From assembly GCA_037441845.1 (NCBI GenBank), contig JBBIRK010000004.1, positions 159,074 through 223,073 on the forward strand: 64,000 nt of DNA. The letters are read 5' to 3'. Under the pieces are notes generated by a model. The model had not been told where the DNA came from, did no database searches, and was given only the letters and a program-made list of their open reading frames with translations. This DNA comes from Candidatus Zixiibacteriota bacterium. Lineage in GTDB: Bacteria > Zixibacteria > MSB-5A5 > UBA10806 > 4484-95. Positions 29,112 to 37,445 of this stretch are shown in pieces; position 1 is the first letter of the stretch; every line of letters begins with the position of its first letter. A program made the position numbers and the translations under genes.

Positions 29112-31316
29112 ATGACAGCGGGCTTCATTCTGCTGGCGGGAGCGATATTGGCTTTTATAGGAATTTCTTTGCTGGCGCTCAGAGCCGAATCAGCGGCAAT
29201 TATGGGATGGGTGGGATTGCTGGGGATGCTCGTTTCTTCGATAGTACTGGTCGTTTATCCCGATCTTCCGTATGCCTGGGGCGTTGCTTTGATATGGTTT
29301 GTGTTTCTGGCCGGCCCGATTTTCGCCATATATCGGCTTGCCCGATTAAAAAGCATTGCCGATAGGGGCAATTCAGGGCGGATCCGTTCCGAGGCTATCG
29401 GCGGCATTATGCAGGTCGCCGCGACCCGCGACAGTCTGATCGAGCTTCTCAATTACTCGCTCGACCGAATCCTTGAGCTGTTCTCGCTGAATTCCGGTGC
29501 GATTCATATCTATCACTCGGCTAAAAATATGCTTGTGCTGGGGGCTTATCGCGGCCTATCTCCGATTCACGCAAGCCGTCTCGAGATGGTGAGCCCCGGT
29601 CAATCGGCCATCGGTCGTGCTTTGCAAAATAAACGCGTCCTGATAATCCGCGATCTCAAGCTAAGCCCCGACTTCCCCTATTTCGGAGGTAAGGCGGAGG
29701 GGTATTCATTCCTTGCGGTTTCCCCGATTATTGTCGAAGACGAATGTTGGGGGGTGATTACACTTCTCGGGCGCAAATCATATTATCGGGGGTTGATCGA
29801 GGTTTCGCTGCTTGAACAATGTGGTCTCCAGCTCGGCCAAGCTCTGAATATTGGACGTCAAAATCGACTGGCCGCCGCCAATTTTGAAAAGCAAAAATCG
29901 ATAGTCGATCATCTTTGTCAATGTCTGCTCGGCATGGATTCAAAAGATAAAGGCAGCTGGCTCGGGCAGGCTGTCGATAGTTTTCCGGGAGGGCTTTTTG
30001 GCGGCGCCAAGATCGTGATAATTACGGAATCCGATGGTGCCTGGCGGATTTTATATCAGCACCCGGATATAGAAACAGGACCCATTCAGTATCAGTTGGA
30101 CTTGGCGCTGACGCTTTCCGGAAAGATGGCGAAAAAAGACTCGAATGTTCAATTAAGGCAGATTTCGAAAAAAGAGTTATCGACCAACACGGCGGCGGTG
30201 TATTTTGAAAAGCCGGAATTGACCGCGTTGTATTTTTCTTTCGAGGGACGACATGCAATCGCGCTGGTCGATCTGCCGCGACAATCGGTCGAAAAATCAT
30301 ACGCTCAAGATATGCAGATATTGCAGACTTTGCTGAAAATGGCCATAACGACCGGTCGCGAAAATGATACGTCGGGCTCGGGTCAGGATTCGTCTCGAGA
30401 AATCACCGACATCATAAGCAACGCGGGAAGCGTCCTTACCGAGATAAAAGGCCAAATTGATCTGCTTAAAGCGGAGTGCGAGGAGACTCGTTCCGTTATT
30501 GCCCCGGAACGCCTGATAGCCAAATTGAAAAGCATAAGTGATGATATCTCTTTGCGATCGGCATCGCTGGGAAAAGGCCAACCGATCGATTTGAACGCAG
30601 TAATAAGCAACCTGCTGAAAAACCATAAATTAGATGTCGAGTTCAAGCCGGCGGTCGGGCCTGTGTTATCCTATCTGCCCGAATCCGAATTCGCGGCTTT
30701 GATGCGGGATGTGCTGACCGGCGCTTTCGAAGGCGGCAGAAAAATTTCGTTGTCGATAGGAGCGGGCAACGGACGAGTGGCGATAACCATTGCCGGAAAT
30801 GTCCGAAATGACTACAATACCGATTCTTTGGCCGAGTGGTCGAGCAGACACGACCTGATCGTGAATATAGTCAATAGAAATCTTCCTTTGCAAAGAGATG
30901 AGGTCATTCAATCCGAAACCAGCGCTTCCAGCGGCCGTCGCCGGGCGCTGATTATCGAAAGCCGCGATATCATCAAGGGCTTGCTCTCGGATTATCTGGC
31001 GAAACTCGGGTTGGAGGCCGACGCCGCCTTGACCGGCGCCCAAGCGCTCGAAAAAATCGCGAATTGCGCAGCAAAAGGAGAGCATTACGATCTGGCCATC
31101 ACGGATATGACCCTGACCGATATGTCCGGCGTTGCCTTAAATGGTTTAATAAAAGAGAAAAGCCCCGAAACATATTCGATTCTCATGGCCAGTTGGGGGG
31201 TTACCATCGCCGAGGAAACGTTGAGACAATCGGGCATCGACGCCGTAATCTACAAACCGTTCAGCCTCGATCAGCTTCGGCAGGCGATAACGAGTGGAAG
31301 CCGCCGCATTGGATAA
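29112..31316 (+). CDS. Membrane GAF-domain sensor with degenerate kinase region and C-terminal receiver domain
   Basis: Three N-terminal TM segments, GAF (LVLGAYRGLS...SFLAVSPI), receiver (DLAITDMTLTDMSG, KPF). Confidence 0.75.
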   Translation: MTAGFILLAGAILAFIGISLLALRAESAAIMGWVGLLGMLVSSIVLVVYPDLPYAWGVALIWFVFLAGPIFAIYRLARLKSIADRGNSGRIRSEAIGGIMQVAATRDSLIELLNYSLDRILELFSLNSGAIHIYHSAKNMLVLGAYRGLSPIHASRLEMVSPGQSAIGRALQNKRVLIIRDLKLSPDFPYFGGKAEGYSFLAVSPIIVEDECWGVITLLGRKSYYRGLIEVSLLEQCGLQLGQALNIGRQNRLAAANFEKQKSIVDHLCQCLLGMDSKDKGSWLGQAVDSFPGGLFGGAKIVIITESDGAWRILYQHPDIETGPIQYQLDLALTLSGKMAKKDSNVQLRQISKKELSTNTAAVYFEKPELTALYFSFEGRHAIALVDLPRQSVEKSYAQDMQILQTLLKMAITTGRENDTSGSGQDSSREITDIISNAGSVLTEIKGQIDLLKAECEETRSVIAPERLIAKLKSISDDISLRSASLGKGQPIDLNAVISNLLKNHKLDVEFKPAVGPVLSYLPESEFAALMRDVLTGAFEGGRKISLSIGAGNGRVAITIAGNVRNDYNTDSLAEWSSRHDLIVNIVNRNLPLQRDEVIQSETSASSGRRRALIIESRDIIKGLLSDYLAKLGLEADAALTGAQALEKIANCAAKGEHYDLAITDMTLTDMSGVALNGLIKEKSPETYSILMASWGVTIAEETLRQSGIDAVIYKPFSLDQLRQAITSGSRRIG

Positions 31317-31779
31317 CCCCGACTCGATTTCGGATTTCACGTTCAACACCGACTGGAGGGTTCGATTCAGCGAAGTTGATTTGCAGGGGGTAGTGCATCA
31401 TTCCGAGATAATCAAGTATTTCGAGATCGCCCGCGTCGAATACTGGCGGCATCTCGGCCTTAGTTACGCCGAGTTCAGAAACGCCGGATACGAATTCGTG
31501 GTCGCCAGGGTGGTTTGCGATTTTATCAAGCCCCTTCATTTCGATGAAATGATTCGGGTCTATGTCAGAACATCGGCGGTATCCCGCACCGGCGTCTCGT
31601 TGAATTATCTCATACTGGACAATGATCTTACGCCCGCGGTATCCGGAAATACTCTGCTGGTCTGCGTGCGCGTGGGTATCGGTAAACCATATAAATTGCC
31701 CGATTCCTACCTTGAGGTTGTCAGAGCATTCGAAAAAGCCGGCACGGTCGAGATCAAGCCGTCGCGTGATCTGCGCTGA
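31294..31779 (+). CDS. Acyl-CoA thioesterase (4HBT/YbgC family)
   Basis: RVRFSEVDLQGVVHHS...YFEIARVE. Confidence 0.88.
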   Translation: MEAAALDNPDSISDFTFNTDWRVRFSEVDLQGVVHHSEIIKYFEIARVEYWRHLGLSYAEFRNAGYEFVVARVVCDFIKPLHFDEMIRVYVRTSAVSRTGVSLNYLILDNDLTPAVSGNTLLVCVRVGIGKPYKLPDSYLEVVRAFEKAGTVEIKPSRDLR

Positions 31780-31844
31780 ATGCGACTTAAGGTCGTGTCT
31801 GGGCGATGATGTAAACTCCGGCACGAATTGCGACGATAAAGCTA

Positions 31845-31872
31845 TTGACAAACGGTCATTTTTGGCTAATTT
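31845..31872 (+). promoter_or_regulatory. Promoter of tRNA-Pro
   Basis: TTGACA-N16-TAATTT just upstream of the tRNA. Confidence 0.55.
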
Positions 31873-31880
31873 GGCCTCAA

Positions 31881-31954
31881 CGGGGCGTAGCGCAGCCTGG
31901 TAGCGCACATGGTTCGGGACCATGGTGTCGGAGGTTCAAATCCTCTCGCCCCGA
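31881..31954 (+). tRNA. tRNA-Pro (anticodon CGG); CCA not encoded
   Basis: CGGGGCGTAGCGCAGCCTGGTAGCGCA CATGG-TTCGGGA-CCATG ...GGTTCAAATCC...CGCCCCGA cloverleaf. Confidence 0.96.
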
Positions 31955-32051
31955 TTCTTTTGGCGATTATCCGGGCAAAAAGGCGACGCAATTTGATAAT
32001 GATCAGATGTTTAGGTTGCGCCGCAATCCGATTAAAATTATCGTTTGACCT

Positions 32052-32504
32052 ATGAAAAGCAAGCCGATCGGAGTGATCGGATCGTCGGCACCCTCCGATA
32101 AGCATTACGATTATGCCGTTCGTGTCGGAAAACTGCTTGCCGAGCACGGGCTGATGATAGTTTGCGGCGGCCTGGGTGGAATTATGGAGGGCGTATGTAA
32201 GGGTGCTTATGAGGCGGGCGGCCTGACGGTGGGGATTTTGCCCGATGATGCTCCTGAATCGGCCAACGGATTCGTGCGGATCGCTATAGCTACCGGTATG
32301 GGGCAGGCGAGAAATAAGGTCATAATTAATACCTGCAAAGCGTTTATCGCCATATCAGGCGGATACGGAACGTTATCGGAAATCGCTTTCGCCCTTGCTG
32401 CCGGCAAACCGGTGATCGGACTTGAGACCTGGAATATTGAAGGGATTCTTAAAGCTGATTCTCCGGAGCGCGCCGTTGAGTTGGTGCTTGAGAGGCTGTC
32501 ATGA
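32052..32504 (+). CDS. TIGR00725/LOG-family protein
   Basis: [33 protein letters not shown]. Confidence 0.9.
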   Translation: MKSKPIGVIGSSAPSDKHYDYAVRVGKLLAEHGLMIVCGGLGGIMEGVCKGAYEAGGLTVGILPDDAPESANGFVRIAIATGMGQARNKVIINTCKAFIAISGGYGTLSEIAFALAAGKPVIGLETWNIEGILKADSPERAVELVLERLS

Positions 32505-32782
32505 GCGATTACGCGCGACTCTCCGGATTCGTCAGTGGGGTGGTGCAGGGTGTCGGGTTTCGCTTTTTCGTTCAAAGGCGTGCGGCGATGTATGGATTGA
32601 CCGGCTGGGTCAGAAACCTCCCGGATGATAGAGTCGAATTCGTGGCCGAGGGGCCGCGGTCGATGCTCGAGCAATTTTTGAAAGATATAAGAGTGGGTCC
32701 GCCGGCCGCCCATGTATCCGATGTCAAATTAACTTGGGATAAATATTCCGCGGAATTCAAGGAGTTCAGGATTAGATTATGA
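32501..32782 (+). CDS. acyP: Acylphosphatase
   Basis: VQGVGFR, GWVRNL, GPP. Confidence 0.95.
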   Translation: MSDYARLSGFVSGVVQGVGFRFFVQRRAAMYGLTGWVRNLPDDRVEFVAEGPRSMLEQFLKDIRVGPPAAHVSDVKLTWDKYSAEFKEFRIRL

Positions 32783-33309
32783 ACACGGAGAAACTGAAAT
32801 CGAAAATACGTAACGTTCCCGATTTCCCGGAAAAGGGGATCGTTTTCCGGGATATCACAACACTGCTAAAAGATCCCGATTCGTTCAAAATGGTCATCGA
32901 CTACCTTCATGAGAATTACAGGAAAATCGCACTCGATTGCGTCCTCGGCATCGAATCGAGAGGCTTTATTTTCGGTGGAGCGCTGGCTCATCGCTTGGGA
33001 ATCGGATTCGTGCCCGCCAGAAAGCCGGGGAAACTTCCCGCCGAAACCATCGCCGAATCGTACAGCCTCGAATACGGTAAAGCCACCCTCGAAATTCATA
33101 AAGACGCTATAAACAAAGGACAAAAAGTTCTTGTCATAGATGACCTTCTGGCTACCGGCGGGACTCTTCAGGCGGCCTGCCGGTTGGTGGAAAGGCTGGG
33201 TGGTCAAGTTGCCGGCATCTGGGTGTTGATCGAGCTGAATTTCTTGAATGGCCGTAAGCTGTTGGAGGGATATCCATTCCAGTCGTTGATTCAATACGAT
33301 TCGGAGTAG
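32779..33309 (+). CDS. apt: Adenine phosphoribosyltransferase
   Basis: PDFP..GIVFRDITTLL, ESRGF, RKPGKLP, YSLEYG, IDDLLATGGT. Confidence 0.96.
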   Translation: MNTEKLKSKIRNVPDFPEKGIVFRDITTLLKDPDSFKMVIDYLHENYRKIALDCVLGIESRGFIFGGALAHRLGIGFVPARKPGKLPAETIAESYSLEYGKATLEIHKDAINKGQKVLVIDDLLATGGTLQAACRLVERLGGQVAGIWVLIELNFLNGRKLLEGYPFQSLIQYDSE

Positions 33310-33433
33310 CCTGTCGCGACTTATCGATCGTTCTTGGCTGAGCTAATCGGCCGGATAGGTTTCGGCGGCTGAGGCAAAGTTTGGCTTGCTCGGCATTCGG
33401 GAAACTTATATTATTGCAAAACGGAGGTAAGCA

Positions 33434-33991
33434 ATGCTAGATACATCGGATTTCCGCAAAGGGATGCGGCTAAAATTGGAAAATGAAATATATTATATCG
33501 TCGATTTTCAACATGCCCGGACGGCCCAGCGTAGAGCCAACGTTTGGACCAAATTGAAAAATATCCGCACCGGGCAGGTGATAGAACGCACTTTCTCCGC
33601 CGGAGAGCAGTTCGAGGAGCCGGATTTCGTCCAGCGCACCATGCAGTATTTATACAACGATGCCGATGGGTTCCATTTCATGGATACCAAATCCTTCGAG
33701 CAATTTACGATTTCCGCCGAGAATATCGGTGACTACAAGTGGTATCTGCAGGAAAATCTTGAATATCAGATATTGTTTTTCGAGGGCTCCCCGATAGCGG
33801 TGGAAATGCCATCGGCGGTAGTGCTTAAGGTCATAGAATCCGAGCCGGGAGTAAAAGGCGATTCGGTATCGAATCTCACCAAGCAGGCCACCGTCGAGAC
33901 CGGTCTGAGGGTCAGGGTCCCCCTGTTCGTGAAAGAGGGGGACAGAATCAAGATCGATACCAGCGATGGCAAATATCTCGAGCGGGCGTAA
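33434..33991 (+). CDS. efp: Elongation factor P (non-canonical loop)
   Basis: DFRKG, MQYLY, FHFMD, EPGVKGDS, KQATVETG...VPLFV, YLERA; GGAGG RBS. Confidence 0.95.
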   Translation: MLDTSDFRKGMRLKLENEIYYIVDFQHARTAQRRANVWTKLKNIRTGQVIERTFSAGEQFEEPDFVQRTMQYLYNDADGFHFMDTKSFEQFTISAENIGDYKWYLQENLEYQILFFEGSPIAVEMPSAVVLKVIESEPGVKGDSVSNLTKQATVETGLRVRVPLFVKEGDRIKIDTSDGKYLERA

Positions 33992-33997
33992 TCGGCA

Positions 33998-34645
33998 TTG
34001 GAGCAAATCGCCCCTGAATATCCGGTAGCCGGCACCGATGAGGCCGGAAAGGGCGATTATTTCGGCCCGCTGGTGTGCGTTGCCTGCCGTTTCGACAAGA
34101 CGACCATCGACTCGCTCGAGCATCTCGGAATCAGGGATTCGAAAAAAATCTCCGACAGCAGAATCCGTTTGATAGCGGCCGAATTGAAAAAGAAAATCCC
34201 CTATAGCATAGTGGCGATCGGGCCCCGACGATATAATGAGCTTCACGCCGAACTTAAAAACCTGAATCGTTTACTGGCCTGGTGCCACGCCAGAGCTATC
34301 GAAAATCTGTTGGCAAAAGCTGATTGCGCATCGATTATAACGGATAAATTCGGCGATGAAAGCCTGGTAATCGGAGCTTTGATGAAGCTCGGCCGACAGG
34401 TTAAGCTGATTCAGCGGACCGGAGCCGAAAGATTTCCGGCCGTGGCGGCCGCCTCGATTATCGCGCGCGACGAGTTTATCGCGCGTATGGAAGAGCTTTC
34501 TCGACGCTTCAGTATCGAGTTTCCGTTTGGAGCCGGGGCGCCTGTCGATGACGCCATTCGGCGCTTCGCTGCTAAATTCGGCGAGGACCAATTGGTTGAA
34601 GTGGCCAAAGTTCACTTCCGCAACACGCGTAAGGTCCTGGGATGA
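33998..34645 (+). CDS. rnhC: Ribonuclease HIII (catalytic domain only)
   Basis: GTDEAGKGDYFGPL, GIRDSK, YNEL...NLNRLLAW.H, AE..PAVAAASIIAR, KVHFRN. Confidence 0.88.
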   Translation: MEQIAPEYPVAGTDEAGKGDYFGPLVCVACRFDKTTIDSLEHLGIRDSKKISDSRIRLIAAELKKKIPYSIVAIGPRRYNELHAELKNLNRLLAWCHARAIENLLAKADCASIITDKFGDESLVIGALMKLGRQVKLIQRTGAERFPAVAAASIIARDEFIARMEELSRRFSIEFPFGAGAPVDDAIRRFAAKFGEDQLVEVAKVHFRNTRKVLG

Positions 34646-35460
34646 GTTTTGAAATCTTGAAAAGACGTCTTCTGCGACTCATGAAAAACAATCGTGCGGG
34701 CGCCGGGGCCCTGGAAAATCAGTTGTATGGGGTCTTCATATCGGGCGCGCAAAGTTTGGACAGACGAAAATTCCACCGTCTTATCGAGATCGCCTTATCT
34801 TGGCATCCGCCGATGGCGAATATCTTGAATTTGATATCGTTCGTACAAAGAAAATCGGCTGTCGATTTTTCGGCGCTTTGCCGGCTGCTTATGATTCGCA
34901 GGCGGGCAATTAGAGCTGAAAGGGAAAGGCTTTATCGGCTTGCCGGCCGCCGAATAGCCTCCTGTGCGACGATCGCCACCATATCGCACTCGACCGCGGT
35001 CGAAAAATCGCTGCGGGCCGCGGTTGAGCTCGGCTGGCGTGGCAATATATTGATACCCGAGTCCCGTCCGGCGCTTGAGGGGCGCGCACTTGCCCGCCGA
35101 CTTTCAATACTTCCCGTTGGCGTGGAGTTCGGCGTGGATACCTTGATCTTATCGATGCTGGACAGGGTGGATGCGGCATTCGTGGGGACCGATCTGATCA
35201 CCGAAAGCCATTTCGTCAACAAGATCGGCACCACGTTGCTGGCCCGATCGTTGCCGCCGCGGAAATTTCTATACGTGCTTGCGGACAGCACGAAATTCTG
35301 GAGAAAGAAAATTCCAGGAATTCCTTCGATGCCGAGCGCGGAAATCTGGAAATACAAATCAGGAAAAATCAATATCTATAATCGTTATTTCGAGTTGGTG
35401 CCGCTTTCCGAACAAATCAGAATTATCCGCCCGGAACCGCCGGCCGCATCGTTCGAATAA
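34642..35460 (+). CDS. eIF-2B alpha/beta/delta-family protein (IF-2B fold, function unknown)
   Basis: HPPMA, TISHSTAV, ESRPALEG, VGTD, VNKIGT, YFELVP. Confidence 0.8.
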   Translation: MSFEILKRRLLRLMKNNRAGAGALENQLYGVFISGAQSLDRRKFHRLIEIALSWHPPMANILNLISFVQRKSAVDFSALCRLLMIRRRAIRAERERLYRLAGRRIASCATIATISHSTAVEKSLRAAVELGWRGNILIPESRPALEGRALARRLSILPVGVEFGVDTLILSMLDRVDAAFVGTDLITESHFVNKIGTTLLARSLPPRKFLYVLADSTKFWRKKIPGIPSMPSAEIWKYKSGKINIYNRYFELVPLSEQIRIIRPEPPAASFE

Positions 35461-35471
35461 AAAGAAATACC

Positions 35472-36317
35472 TTGAAAAAAAGGGCTGTCGGCCGTAGGTT
35501 GTCTGTGCGGAGGGAATATGCCGTGGCAGGATTTATCTTTAATCTATTTTTAGGCGCCTTGCTATTTATTTCTTGCTCCAAATCGACTGCGCCCCAACCC
35601 ATGGGAAGATTTCAGCTTCATCTTCAGGATGCCGCCGGTCAGTTCGATTCCGTGTTCATAAATATGGAGAAAATTGAAATACATTGGGCGCAGGCGGCGG
35701 ATACGACTACCGGTTGGGATATCATACTCACTACTCCGGTGACGCACGATGTAGCCGCATTGCGCAACGGCAACCGACGGCAGTTGCTTTCGCGCTTGCT
35801 CGAGCCCGGCCGTTACGATTTTTTGAGGGTGAGGTTCGGTCAGTGCACGGCCGTTCGCAACGATACTCTGTTCGCTCTGGATTTTTGGCCCGATTCGTCG
35901 AATAACAGCGGAACGGCCGAAGGCCACGTCGAAATCAAAGATGACGAAATCACGCAGGCACTTATCGATATCGACCTGTTCCACGCCATATCTTTCGACG
36001 CCGACTCATCCCGATATTTTTTTACGCCGGTATTCCGCTTCATTGATCTGGATTCGACCGGCAGTGTTTTCGGATACCTAAACACCGCGGCGTATTTATT
36101 TTTATTTAATGATAATGATTCACTGGCCTTTACGCTTAGCGAGGGTGCGGGCAATTATTTCGGCTTTTTCGGCTTGCCCGAGGGATTATACGATATGACT
36201 ATATATCCTTTAGATAGCCTGACCTATGGTCCTATTTATACTGAGGATTTGTCGATAGTGCCGCCCTCGGCAATTAATCTGGATACCCTGATTCTGCCAT
36301 TTCGTTTGGTGGAATAG
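35472..36317 (+). CDS. DUF4382-like lipoprotein (alternative start GTG 35523)
   Basis: Lipobox LFISC; LHLQDA...FDSVFINMEKIEIH; L.PGRYDFLR pattern. Confidence 0.7.
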   Translation: MKKRAVGRRLSVRREYAVAGFIFNLFLGALLFISCSKSTAPQPMGRFQLHLQDAAGQFDSVFINMEKIEIHWAQAADTTTGWDIILTTPVTHDVAALRNGNRRQLLSRLLEPGRYDFLRVRFGQCTAVRNDTLFALDFWPDSSNNSGTAEGHVEIKDDEITQALIDIDLFHAISFDADSSRYFFTPVFRFIDLDSTGSVFGYLNTAAYLFLFNDNDSLAFTLSEGAGNYFGFFGLPEGLYDMTIYPLDSLTYGPIYTEDLSIVPPSAINLDTLILPFRLVE

Positions 36318-37445
36318 ATGCAGAGACGGTGTTTCATTCAATCAACGGTAGCGGGCGCCGGGTTGCTGCTGCTGCCGGATTTCGTTCAATCATCGGAAGA
36401 AAGAGCAGCGGCGGCGGCCAAACCACGACCGGAATTTTATTATCCTGCACGCTTTTATGCTAAGCTCGAGAATGGAATAATCGAATGCCGTCTCTGTCCC
36501 CGTCGCTGCCGAGTGAGCGATCTTGAGCGGGGTTATTGCGGCGTTCGTGAGAACATTGGCGGCGAATATTTCACTTGCGTTTATTCGCGTGTCTGCTCGG
36601 CCAATACGGATCCGATAGAAAAAAAACCCTTCTTCCATTACCTTCCGGGGACATTTGCTTTTTCGGTTGCCACCGCCGGCTGCAATTTGAATTGCCGCTT
36701 CTGTCAAAATTGGAGCATTTCGCAGTTTCGTCCCGAGGATATTCCCGCCATGAAAATATCGCCCTCGCAGTGCGTAAAGCAGGCTAAAGAAAGCGGTTGC
36801 GTTTCCATCGCCTACACCTACTCCGAGCCGACGGTGTTCTATGAATACATGTTCGATTGTGCCGGCGAGGGGAAAAAAGCGGGGGTTAAATCGGTTCTTG
36901 TCAGCGCCGGATTTATCGAAAAAGAGCCGCTTGCGGCCCTTCTTGACGTGGTCGACGCCGTGAAAATCGACCTGAAGTCGTTCAGCGATGATTACTACCG
37001 ACGTATCTGCAACGGCAGGCTTCAACCTGTGCTCGATACGCTTCAGACGATAAAAGCGCGCGGCGTCTGGCTTGAAATAGTTTATCTTGTCGTGCCCGGT
37101 TTGAACGATTCGGATAAAGAGTTCATCGAACTGTCCAAATGGTTGTTCGCCAATTTGGGCCCGGACGTGCCGATCCATTTCACCAGATTTCACCCGGCGT
37201 ATCTGATGAACAACATTCCCATGACCCCCCAAAGCACTCTCGAGAGGGCGACCGCGATTGCCAGATCCGAGGGAATTCACTACCCTTACATCGGTAATGT
37301 ATTTGGCCATCGGGAGGAAAGCACATATTGCCACAAGTGCGGCCGACGTTTGATTCATAGATTAGGATTCCAGGTCGCTGAAAACCAAATTCGAAACGGA
37401 AGGTGTCCCGATTGTCGGATAGAAATCCCCGGGATCTGGGGCTGA
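36318..37445 (+). CDS. amrS: AmmeMemoRadiSam system radical SAM enzyme with Tat-like leader
   Basis: CRLCPRRC, GYCGVR, DPIEKKP, GCNLNCRFCQNW, AYTYSEP, HFTRFHP, C-terminal CxxC pairs; N-terminal RRCF. Confidence 0.93.
   Translation: MQRRCFIQSTVAGAGLLLLPDFVQSSEERAAAAAKPRPEFYYPARFYAKLENGIIECRLCPRRCRVSDLERGYCGVRENIGGEYFTCVYSRVCSANTDPIEKKPFFHYLPGTFAFSVATAGCNLNCRFCQNWSISQFRPEDIPAMKISPSQCVKQAKESGCVSIAYTYSEPTVFYEYMFDCAGEGKKAGVKSVLVSAGFIEKEPLAALLDVVDAVKIDLKSFSDDYYRRICNGRLQPVLDTLQTIKARGVWLEIVYLVVPGLNDSDKEFIELSKWLFANLGPDVPIHFTRFHPAYLMNNIPMTPQSTLERATAIARSEGIHYPYIGNVFGHREESTYCHKCGRRLIHRLGFQVAENQIRNGRCPDCRIEIPGIWG

Noticed and set aside
31261..31923. 220-aa - strand ORF
   Set aside because: Overlaps tRNA-Pro and the thioesterase gene
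36390..37358. 322-aa antisense ORF
   Set aside because: Lies opposite the well-supported amrS; no motifs
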